From assembly GCA_002499455.1 (NCBI GenBank), contig DALN01000059.1:1-35607 (forward strand): a stretch of DNA of 35,607 nucleotides, in the 5' to 3' direction. The position numbers and the translations under genes were made by a program. The notes under the pieces are model-generated. The model made no database searches, had not been told where the DNA came from, and saw only the letters and a program-made list of their open reading frames with translations. Positions 9,239 to 16,657 of this stretch are shown piece by piece; within the stretch, counting starts at the first letter, position 1; every line of letters starts with the position of its first letter. The stretch comes from Methanoculleus sp. UBA77. Lineage in GTDB: Archaea; Halobacteriota; Methanomicrobia; Methanomicrobiales; Methanoculleaceae.

Positions 9239-10486
9239 ATGTGGCAGGCGCTGGATATCGAGACCTGGATTGCCGGTCGGCGGTCGGACCTTGACCGGGT
9301 GAAGGGACCGGTCTCGGAGATCATCGGGAGGGTGCAGGCGGAGGGCGACGCGGCCCTCCTCGATCTGACGAAGAAGTTTGATGGGATCGATCTCGAGGAG
9401 ATCGCCGTCTCCGACGAGGAGAGGGAGGCGGCCTACGATCTGGTGGACGCACAACTGGTCGAGAGCCTGGTGGAGGCGGAGGCCCGGATCAGCCGGTTCC
9501 ACGAACTGCAGCGCGGGCGCGATATCTGGCTCCAGGAGATGGAGCCCGGGATCACTCTCGGCGTCAAGACGACGCCCCTATCCCGGATCGGGGCCTACGT
9601 CCCCGGCGGGCGGGCGGCCTACCCCTCGACGGCGCTGATGTGCACCATCCCGGCAAAGGTCGCGGGGGTCGCGGAGATCTGCTGCTGCACCCCGCCGCCG
9701 GTCAATCCGATCACACTCGTTGCGCTCGATATTGCGGGAGTCGACGAGATCTACCGGGTCGGCGGCGCCCAGGCGATCGCAGCGATGGCGATCGGGACGG
9801 AGACGGTCCCGAAGGTCGAGAAGATCGTCGGCCCCGGCAACGTCTACGTCACCGCGGCGAAGATGCTCCTCCGTGACGAGGCGGAGATCGACTTCCCGGC
9901 GGGCCCAAGCGAGATCGCGATCCTCGCCGACAACACGGCGAACCCGACGTTCATCGCGGCCGACATCCTGGCCCAGGCCGAGCACGACCCGAACGCCGCC
10001 TGCGTTCTGGTGACAACCGAGAAGGCCCTCGCCTACCGTGTCGGGGCCGAGGTGAAGCGGATGGCGGAGACCGCACAGCGCCGGGAGATCGTCGCAAAAG
10101 CCCTCGACCACTCCGGCTACATCGTCGCCGGCGATATCGACGACGCGGTGGAGATCGTCAACGGGGTCGCCCCCGAGCACCTCTCGGTCCAGGTGGCCGA
10201 CCCGCTCGCCGTCCTCAACCGGATAAGGAGCGCCGGGTCGATCTTCGTCGGCCCCTACGCCGCAGTGGCCTGCGGCGACTACGCTTCGGGGACGAACCAC
10301 GTCCTCCCGACGGCGGGCTACGCCAGTTTCTACTCCGGCCTCGACGTGAACCACTTCTGCCGGCGCTCGACGGTCCAGATGATCACGCGGGAGGGGCTCG
10401 AGGCGATCGGGGACGTCGTGGAGACGATCGCCGACGCGGAGGGGCTCCACGCCCACGCAGAGTCGGTCCGGGTGCGGAGAAGATAA
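9239..10486 (+). CDS. hisD: Histidinol dehydrogenase
   Basis: YVPGGRAAYPST, GGAQAIAA, KIVGPGNVYV, IDFPAGPSE, QAEHD, APEHL, GDYASGTNHVLPT, EGLHAHAESV. Confidence 0.97.
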   Translation: MWQALDIETWIAGRRSDLDRVKGPVSEIIGRVQAEGDAALLDLTKKFDGIDLEEIAVSDEEREAAYDLVDAQLVESLVEAEARISRFHELQRGRDIWLQEMEPGITLGVKTTPLSRIGAYVPGGRAAYPSTALMCTIPAKVAGVAEICCCTPPPVNPITLVALDIAGVDEIYRVGGAQAIAAMAIGTETVPKVEKIVGPGNVYVTAAKMLLRDEAEIDFPAGPSEIAILADNTANPTFIAADILAQAEHDPNAACVLVTTEKALAYRVGAEVKRMAETAQRREIVAKALDHSGYIVAGDIDDAVEIVNGVAPEHLSVQVADPLAVLNRIRSAGSIFVGPYAAVACGDYASGTNHVLPTAGYASFYSGLDVNHFCRRSTVQMITREGLEAIGDVVETIADAEGLHAHAESVRVRRR

Positions 10487-10660
10487 AACTCTTTTTCGTT
10501 CCGCTCTGTGGGAACGGAGCTTGAGCATCACCAGACGTACGTATCGACTGTCGACACGCGAGGTGTACGACGCCCGGTCAGCCAGTTTCACCCTGCACGG
10601 CGCACCTTCATATTCTGGAGAATCGACGAGACATCTGTAAGGCTGGAAACTGTTTCCGGT

Positions 10661-10689
10661 CTCACGCGAAGCCGCGAAGAACGCGAAAG
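10661..10689 (+). repeat. Left arm of inverted repeat flanking the GxxExxY gene
   Basis: CTCACGCGAAGCCGCGAAGAACGCGAAAG; first 18 nt are the exact reverse complement of 11269-11286; internally three CGCGAA units at 8-9 nt spacing. Confidence 0.85.
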
Positions 10690-10703
10690 GAAGGAGGGTG
10701 TCT

Positions 10704-11126
10704 ATGAATGTAGAGGAGGTCTCGTCGGTTGTCGTCGATGCGGCTTACCACCTGCACCGGGAACTAGGGCCCGGACTCCTTGAATCAGTCTATGAAGCGG
10801 TCCTTGCACAGATGCTGGAAAAGTGCGGGCTGCAGGTGGAGCGACAGAAGTCCGTGACGTTCGATTACGAGGGGATACACTTCGACGATGGTCTTCGAGT
10901 GGATCTATTGGTGGAAGGTTGTCTGGTGGTTGAGTTAAAATCTGTAGAAAAGATTGCTCCAGTTCATGCCAAGCAGGTGTTGACTTATCTCCGGTTGATG
11001 CAACTTCCTCTGGGTCTGCTGATCAATTTTGGTGCAGGTACGTTCAAGGAGAGCGTGAGACGGATCGCCAACAATCACACGGACTTTAGGTCTTCCCGCC
11101 TCCGCGTAAACCAACAGTATGGCTGA
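10704..11126 (+). CDS. GxxExxY protein (PD-(D/E)XK nuclease superfamily)
   Basis: HRELGPGLLESVYE (GxxExxY), RVDLLVE...VVELKSVE, HAKQVLTYL, GLLINFG. ATG 10704 follows GGAGG. Visibly more T/A third positions than neighbours. Confidence 0.93.
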   Translation: MNVEEVSSVVVDAAYHLHRELGPGLLESVYEAVLAQMLEKCGLQVERQKSVTFDYEGIHFDDGLRVDLLVEGCLVVELKSVEKIAPVHAKQVLTYLRLMQLPLGLLINFGAGTFKESVRRIANNHTDFRSSRLRVNQQYG

Positions 11127-11258
11127 TGTTGCGGCCCCACATGAAAACGGGTATGGGACAGGCTGCCAACTTTGCCCGTATTAATGAGGTATGGTGAGGA
11201 AGACTTCATGCGAAAGACACGAAACCGCAAAGAGGTGTACACTCAGTGACATGCCGGA

Positions 11259-11286
11259 CTTCGCGCCTTTCGCGGCTTCGCGTGAG
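11259..11286 (-). repeat. Right arm of inverted repeat flanking the GxxExxY gene
   Basis: CTTCGCGCCTTTCGCGGCTTCGCGTGAG, reverse complement CTCACGCGAAGCCGCGAAAGGCGCGAAG, matching 10661-10689. Confidence 0.85.
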
Positions 11287-11405
11287 GTCACGGGCATGGG
11301 AGGTTAGCAGGCCCTATGCTACACTCTTGTGGAGTCGGGACTGCCGTAATAACGCATGCCCGGGTCGACGAGCCCGGCTCCTCCGGGCCATTAACGCCTG
11401 ATGTG

Positions 11406-12353
11406 TCACCTTGACGTCGGCGGCGAGGGCTCCGGCGCGGCCTCGCCGCGGACCATCCGTATCTTTTCTATCGCGTCCTCTGCGACGCTCTTCTCCTCCG
11501 AATCCCCGCTCCGGGCGAGTTCCTGCAGCGCATCGATCGCCCGCGGGTTGCCGATGTATTTGAGCGCCCCCGCCGCATAGAGCCGGACGTTCCGGTCGGC
11601 GTCCTTCGTCGCGGCGATCAGGGGCTCGACCGCGGCATCGCCTATCCGGAAGAGGGCGCCTCCCGCCGCCCCCCTGACATCGGGGTTCCCGTCGCGGAGC
11701 GCCGCGATGAGGGGCCCGACCGCGGCGGGATCGCCGGTATCGCCGAGGACCCCGGCCGCGACGATCCGGACCTCCGGGTCCGGGTCGGTGAGCATCGCCG
11801 TGAGCGGCCCGACCGCATCGCTCCCGAACTTCGCGAGCGCCCCGGACGCCTGGCACCGGAGGTCGTCACTCGCGCCCCGGAGCGCTCCTACGAGTGGTTT
11901 CACCGCGGCGGGGTCGGCGATCTCGCCGAGGATGGCGGCCGCGTAGACCCGCCGGAGGTCGCGCCGGGTCTCGACCTCCCAGGCCTGGCCGCCCGGTCCG
12001 GTCACGGTCGCCGTGCCTCCCGGAGCCCCGGGCTCTTCGTATCTTCCCGACGCCTCCGGGTTCTCGAGCAGTTCGACGAGCGGCCCGACCGCCGCGCTCC
12101 CGAGCAGGGCGAGCGAGTCTGCCGCCGCCTCCCTGACCGCCGTCATCGGGTCGCCGAGCGCCCGGATGAGCGGTTCCGCCGCCTCCGGTCCGCCGAGGTC
12201 TCCGAGCGCCAGGGCGGCCCGCTGGCGGGTCAGGCCGTCATCGCTCCCGAGCGCCTCGATCAGGCCGTCGATGTCCTTCTCGGCCCGCAGAAGATCGATG
12301 TTATACCTCTTCCCGCCCCGCTGCTCCGTGAGAGAACTTCCTCCTTGCTCCAA
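11406..12353 (-). CDS. HEAT/PBS-lyase repeat protein
   Basis: Multiple units of VR-x-x-AA-x-x-LG-x-x-GD-x-x-AV-x-PL-x-x-AL-x-D. Start reassigned to TTG 12353 (GGAGG upstream; MEQGGSSLTEQRGGKRY aligns with MQRRDLPIEESREERRY of the 3182 paralogue), which removes the overlap with the MOT1 gene. Confidence 0.88.
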   Translation of the reverse strand: MEQGGSSLTEQRGGKRYNIDLLRAEKDIDGLIEALGSDDGLTRQRAALALGDLGGPEAAEPLIRALGDPMTAVREAAADSLALLGSAAVGPLVELLENPEASGRYEEPGAPGGTATVTGPGGQAWEVETRRDLRRVYAAAILGEIADPAAVKPLVGALRGASDDLRCQASGALAKFGSDAVGPLTAMLTDPDPEVRIVAAGVLGDTGDPAAVGPLIAALRDGNPDVRGAAGGALFRIGDAAVEPLIAATKDADRNVRLYAAGALKYIGNPRAIDALQELARSGDSEEKSVAEDAIEKIRMVRGEAAPEPSPPTSR

Positions 12354-12435
12354 TCTCTTCGCCTCCGGATCCGGCGTATGGCGCCTCACCGGTATAAGAA
12401 CCTTCTCCGGCAGGGGCCCGATACGACAGGTCGGG

Positions 12436-13569
12436 TCAGGGCCCGGCCGTTCCCGCTCTCCCCCGCCGCTCCAGGACGTAGGCAAGGACCATCCCGACGA
12501 TGAAGGCGACGGTGAGGCCGATCGCGAGGGTGAGGACGGCGATGACTCCCGTGACCAGGTAGGAGTCTGTCTTCGCGCTGTGCTTCCCGAGCTCGAGCGC
12601 CACAAAGACCAGCAGCGCCCCGAAGACGCCGAACGGGATGAGGGTCAGGACCTCCGGCGGGGCGAAGGCGACGGCGAAGACAAGGATGAAGATCCCGGCG
12701 ACGATGTTCGCCCCCCCGGTCCTCGCCCCGAACCGGTACATGGCGGCGAGTCCCCCGGCCCCGTGGCACATCGGAAAACCGCCGAACGGCGTCGAGACCA
12801 GGTTCATGGCCCCAATGGTCCGCGAGAGCCTATCGGGGTCGACACCCTTCTTCGGGAAGAGGTCGTAGGTGAGGAGCGACGTCGCGAGGATGGCGTTTGC
12901 GATCGTGAGCGGGATCTGCGGGAGGACAAGGTCCCAGGTGCCCGCGATGAAGTCCGAGGGCATCGGGAGAACGAGGGCGGGGAGGGGCATCAGGCGGAAC
13001 GGCGGCATCCCCTGCACGGCTATCCCGGCGCCAAGCCCGATGATCAGGACGAGCAGGGCGGAGATGTCGGGGATACGGGTGCGTTGCGACGCGATGAAGA
13101 AGGCAACGATGACCGCGATCGCGAGCACCGCAACGAGAGTATCGGTGAGAATGTAGCCGAGCGACGTCCGGAGGAGGAGGAGCGCGAGCCCTGCCTGGAC
13201 GCCGCGGATGACGCTCTTCGGGATCCGGCCCTCAAGCCAGGCCATGCCGCCGACGAGGCCGATGGCGAGGAAGAGCGCCCCGACGACGAGGCCGGAGGCC
13301 ACGATCTCGCCGGCACAGAGTCCTTCGGCGATGACGACGGCCCCGATCGCCTTCATCGGTTCGATGGGGATGGGCAGGCGGTAGTAGAGCCCGGTGATGA
13401 TGAACCAGGCGGCGAGGAAGAGGAAGAAGTGGCTGACGTTCACGTCCGGGCAGACGATCGCGACGCCGAGCAGGATAGGGAAGATGGTCCCGAAGTCGCC
13501 GACGGCTCCGGCGATCTCCTCAAGCGTAAATCGAATGCCGCGCTCCTCCGTTCCGGTGCTCTCCGCCAT
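12436..13569 (-). CDS. MOT1-family (putative sulfate/molybdate) transporter
   Basis: EIAGAVGDFGT, LPIPIEPMKAI, LPQIPLTIANA and GGFPMCHGAGGLAAMYRFGARTGG are MOT1-family motifs; highly hydrophobic; GGAGGTGA RBS. Confidence 0.88.
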   Translation of the reverse strand: MAESTGTEERGIRFTLEEIAGAVGDFGTIFPILLGVAIVCPDVNVSHFFLFLAAWFIITGLYYRLPIPIEPMKAIGAVVIAEGLCAGEIVASGLVVGALFLAIGLVGGMAWLEGRIPKSVIRGVQAGLALLLLRTSLGYILTDTLVAVLAIAVIVAFFIASQRTRIPDISALLVLIIGLGAGIAVQGMPPFRLMPLPALVLPMPSDFIAGTWDLVLPQIPLTIANAILATSLLTYDLFPKKGVDPDRLSRTIGAMNLVSTPFGGFPMCHGAGGLAAMYRFGARTGGANIVAGIFILVFAVAFAPPEVLTLIPFGVFGALLVFVALELGKHSAKTDSYLVTGVIAVLTLAIGLTVAFIVGMVLAYVLERRGRAGTAGP

Positions 13570-13584
13570 GCTTCACCTCCCTGT

Positions 13585-13962
13585 ATGTCGGGCCTCCTTT
13601 TTGGTGTTTTGGATAGCGTCCCGGAGTACGCAGAGGGGGGGGCGGAGGGGTTCTTCCGCATCATCCACCCCTACCACTTCCGCCGGGCGGACGGCTTCTC
13701 CCTGCGCCAGCGCCCCTTCGCCGACGGCAACAGGGGGCGGGGGATCTCTGCCATACGCCACTGCAATCGCCTGAACCCTATCGGGATCTCCCTCGCCGAG
13801 GTCGTTGCCGTCGAGGGCAGCACCGTCCGGGTCCGCGGGCGGGACGTGCTCGACGGCACGCCGCTCCTCGACATCAAACCCTGCATCCGCCAGTTCGACC
13901 GCCGCGACGAGGTCAGGAGTTTCTCCCCGGAGGACCTCCGGGAGTACGAGGGGTCTTCCTGA
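13585..13962 (+). pseudogene. N-terminally truncated, degenerate TrmO/TsaA (UPF0066) SAM-binding beta-barrel
   Basis: PEYAEG...YHF...RGISAIRHCNRLNPIGIS...VRGRDVLDGTPLLDIKPC resembles consensus RG(I/V)FA-x-R-x-x-x-RPNPIG...G-x-D-x-LDGTP-x-LDIKPY, but the N-terminal PIG-x-I strand is missing and several conserved residues are substituted. It is the tail of the 12013-13962 ORF. Confidence 0.7.
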
Positions 13963-13974
13963 GTCAGGGGTTTC

Positions 13975-14946
13975 TCACGCCGCCTGTCCGGGCGCCGTGC
14001 CCCTGTCGCGGGCCGCATCTTCCGGGGAAGATGACGAAGGTCCGGGGCCGGGCTCATCCTCCCGCTTCTTCTCGTCAAGGAGGTCTTCTGCCTTCAGCCG
14101 TTCGATGGCCGCGTCCAGGTACTCCGAGACGATCCTGTCCCTCTCGTGGATCTGCCGGATCCAGACCCGCACCGTCAGACGGACCCAGTCCTCCTTGATC
14201 GATGAGACCTGCACCTTCGGCTCGAACAACGCATGATCGGGGCCGGGGCGGTCGGAGGAGAGGCGCCCGATATACGGGAGATCGAAGAGGCTCTGGAGGG
14301 CGGACCGCTCGGCCGGCCCGACGTGGGGCAGGATCAGCGGATGATCGTGCGCGGCGGCAAGTGCGAGCGCCTCCGCCCTCGCGAGGTCTGCGGTGACCGG
14401 GACGGCGAGCGGGATCGAGACCTCGAGAAGCCCGGATCGGGAGTAGTTGATGACCTTTGAGGTGATGATGCTCGCGTTCGGCGTGAGGACCAGGCCGCCG
14501 TCGAGCCCCTTGAGGGTCGTCGTCGTGAACGAGATGTCCTGCACCTTGCCGGGCCCGGTCTCCGGCCTTCCGCTGACGGTCACCCACTCTTCGAGCTGGA
14601 CCGGGCGGTTGATCGTGATCAGGACGCCGGCGATGGCGTTCTGGATGATCTGGCGTGACGAGAACGCTATGACGATACCGAGGACACCGAGCGATGCGGC
14701 GAAGGCCGTAGGGTCGAAGGCGAGGAAGTGCCGGGCGCTCGCGTAGACTCCGCCGAGGATGATGCCGTACTGCAGGACTGCCGCCGTCCACTTGGCCGTC
14801 CCGCGGGAGACCCGCCCGTCCAGAGCCCGGCGGAGGAGCAGGTAGGCGAGGTTGCCGAGGAAGAGGAATCCTATGAAGGTGAAGAGAAAGGCGAGGAACG
14901 CATCAAGGGAGACCTCGCCGATGAGGACCGAACCGCTCGACTGCAT
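13975..14946 (-). CDS. Small-conductance mechanosensitive channel (MscS family)
   Basis: Three TM segments, ASLGVLGIVIAFSSRQIIQNAIAG, RPVQLEEWV, GKVQDISFTTT, PNASIITSKVINYS. Confidence 0.9.
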   Translation of the reverse strand: MQSSGSVLIGEVSLDAFLAFLFTFIGFLFLGNLAYLLLRRALDGRVSRGTAKWTAAVLQYGIILGGVYASARHFLAFDPTAFAASLGVLGIVIAFSSRQIIQNAIAGVLITINRPVQLEEWVTVSGRPETGPGKVQDISFTTTTLKGLDGGLVLTPNASIITSKVINYSRSGLLEVSIPLAVPVTADLARAEALALAAAHDHPLILPHVGPAERSALQSLFDLPYIGRLSSDRPGPDHALFEPKVQVSSIKEDWVRLTVRVWIRQIHERDRIVSEYLDAAIERLKAEDLLDEKKREDEPGPGPSSSSPEDAARDRGTAPGQAA

Positions 14947-14985
14947 GCCAGGAGAAGTGGGAGAGGAGATGACTAATCCCTTCCG

Positions 14986-15870
14986 TCATGACGCTTCGGC
15001 CTTGACCGGGATCTCCTCGGCCGAGAGACGCCTGAGAACCTCCTTCAGGTACCGGGAGGCGATATCGTCCTTCTGGGGGATCTTGCGGGTCCAGGCCCCG
15101 ACGGTCAGTCTGACCCAGCCGTCGGTCACCGACGTGGTGCGGACGGCGGGCTTGAGGTAGGCAAGGTCGGGGCGGTCGGCGTGGAGGCGCCGGTTGTAGG
15201 GGAGGTCGAAGAGGTCCTGGATGACGGAGTGTTCGGCCGCACCGGGGTCCTGGATGATCCGGGGATCGTCACGCGCTGCCGCGAGCGCGATCTCCTTCAC
15301 CCGTGCAAGGTCCACACCGACCGGGACGGAGATCGAGACCCGGATCTCCATCAGCCCGCCCCGGGAGTAGTTGATGACCTTCGAGGCGATGATGCTCGAG
15401 TTCGGCATGAGGACGAGGCCGCCGTCGAGCCCCTGGAGGATCGTCGTCGTGAAGGAGAAGTCGCGCACCTTGCACAGCCCCGTCGTCGGCAGCTCCCCGA
15501 CGACGATCCACTCCTCGAGCTGGACCGGGCGGTTGATCGTGATGAGGACCCCGGCAAGGACGTTCTGGATGATCTGGGTCGACGAGACGGCCACGACGAT
15601 ACCGAGGATGCCGAGCGACGCGACGACGGCCCTCAGGTCGAAGGCGAGGAGATACCGTGCGCTCGCGTAGCCGCCGCCGATGATGACGGCATACTGGAGG
15701 ATAGCCGCCGCCCACTTGGCCGCTCCGGGGGGGACCCGCCCGTCGAGCACGCTCCGGAGAAGCATGTAGGCAAGGTTGCCGAGGAAGAGGAGCCCGATAA
15801 GAGTGAGGACGAACGCGAAGAACGCGTTAAGAGGTACCCCGCCGATGAGAACCGGATCGCTCGACTGCAT
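14986..15870 (-). CDS. Small-conductance mechanosensitive channel (MscS family), tandem paralogue
   Basis: ASLGILGIVVAVSSTQIIQNVLAG, RPVQLEEWI, PNSSIIASKVINYS; colinear with the downstream copy. Confidence 0.9.
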   Translation of the reverse strand: MQSSDPVLIGGVPLNAFFAFVLTLIGLLFLGNLAYMLLRSVLDGRVPPGAAKWAAAILQYAVIIGGGYASARYLLAFDLRAVVASLGILGIVVAVSSTQIIQNVLAGVLITINRPVQLEEWIVVGELPTTGLCKVRDFSFTTTILQGLDGGLVLMPNSSIIASKVINYSRGGLMEIRVSISVPVGVDLARVKEIALAAARDDPRIIQDPGAAEHSVIQDLFDLPYNRRLHADRPDLAYLKPAVRTTSVTDGWVRLTVGAWTRKIPQKDDIASRYLKEVLRRLSAEEIPVKAEAS

Positions 15871-15913
15871 GTAGAGAGGGGTGGGTGAGCGTGGGAGTTA
15901 ACCCCTCCTGCTG

Positions 15914-16282
15914 CTACCCCGACCTATCGCCGCCCGGTGCGGCAGCACGGGCCCGGAGCGCCGTGAAGACCCCGGCACCCAGGACCTCCTCTGCGAGCGC
16001 TCCATGCCGTTCCGCCATGATTGCAAGGAGCCGCTCAGTCCCCGCGGCCGTGGTGGAGATCCCGACCCGCTCCGTCCGGCGGATCAGGCCGTCCCGTTCC
16101 ATCGCCCCGAACCGGGGGAGGACGTAGTAGTGGGGGATCCCGAGATGCTCGGCAAGCTTCCGGGTCGTGGGGAAGCGTATGGTGATGCCGCCCGGGTAAA
16201 AACTGATGGTTACGCACCGATCCTCTTTGAGGAGGATCTGTGCGGCCGCCTCGAAGATATCGTCATGCTCGTGTGTGGACAT
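15914..16282 (-). CDS. Small winged helix-turn-helix protein, GntR-like DNA-binding domain
   Basis: FPTTRKLAEHLGIPHYYVLPRFGAMERDGLIRRTERVGIST parallels GntR consensus LPSERELA-x-x-LGVSR-x-TV...LE-x-EGLI-x-R-x-x-x-x-G; no normal effector domain. Confidence 0.6.
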   Translation of the reverse strand: MSTHEHDDIFEAAAQILLKEDRCVTISFYPGGITIRFPTTRKLAEHLGIPHYYVLPRFGAMERDGLIRRTERVGISTTAAGTERLLAIMAERHGALAEEVLGAGVFTALRARAAAPGGDRSG

Positions 16283-16329
16283 CCGATCGCAAAAGTCTGG
16301 TTGTTGCGAGAAAAAGGAAGTCGGTCCGG

Positions 16330-16566
16330 TTACGCTGCCGCTTCCGCCTTCATCTCGCCGCGTTCTTCTTCGGGCATCCCCTCGAGGTAGACGATCTCCG
16401 CTCCGATATCTTTGGCGATCTGTTCAAGTTCGGTTTTGCGGAAGTGGGTGCTCTCCACCTTCAGGTGCTTGTCCTCGCCCTTCTCTTCGACAACGGCGAC
16501 GACGCGGAACCGGGGCTGCTTCACGCCGGTACCGACCTTCTGACGTTCTCGTGCATAGATCTTCAT
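16330..16566 (-). CDS. Hypothetical 78-aa protein
   Basis: MKIYARERQKVG...RFRVVAVVEE...HFRKTELEQIAKDIGAEIVYLE; GAGGTGA RBS before ATG 16566, natural amphipathic pattern. Confidence 0.8.
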   Translation of the reverse strand: MKIYARERQKVGTGVKQPRFRVVAVVEEKGEDKHLKVESTHFRKTELEQIAKDIGAEIVYLEGMPEEERGEMKAEAAA

Positions 16567-16581
16567 GCTTCTCTTCACCTC

Positions 16582-16611
16582 ATACCAACTGGTATACCTG
16601 CTGGTAGACCG
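16582..16611. promoter_or_regulatory. Tandem operator-like repeats in a divergent promoter
   Basis: ATACCAACTGGT-ATACCTGCTGGT-AGACC: 12-bp period, giving the palindromes ATACCA-ac-TGGTAT, GGTATACC and GGT-ag-ACC next to an AT-rich TATA-like tract (16613-16630). Confidence 0.6.
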
Positions 16612-16657
16612 CAAAAATACTTAATGTTTTCCTTCATACCAGAGTTAAGTGGTTTTT

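Noticed and set aside
10661-11286. Classical IS element
   Set aside because: No DDE, HUH or serine transposase motifs and no clear target-site duplication seen.
12013-13584. 649-aa plus-strand ORF 12013-13962 as one gene
   Set aside because: First ~520 codons are the antisense shadow of the HEAT and MOT1 genes; only the tail has TrmO similarity.
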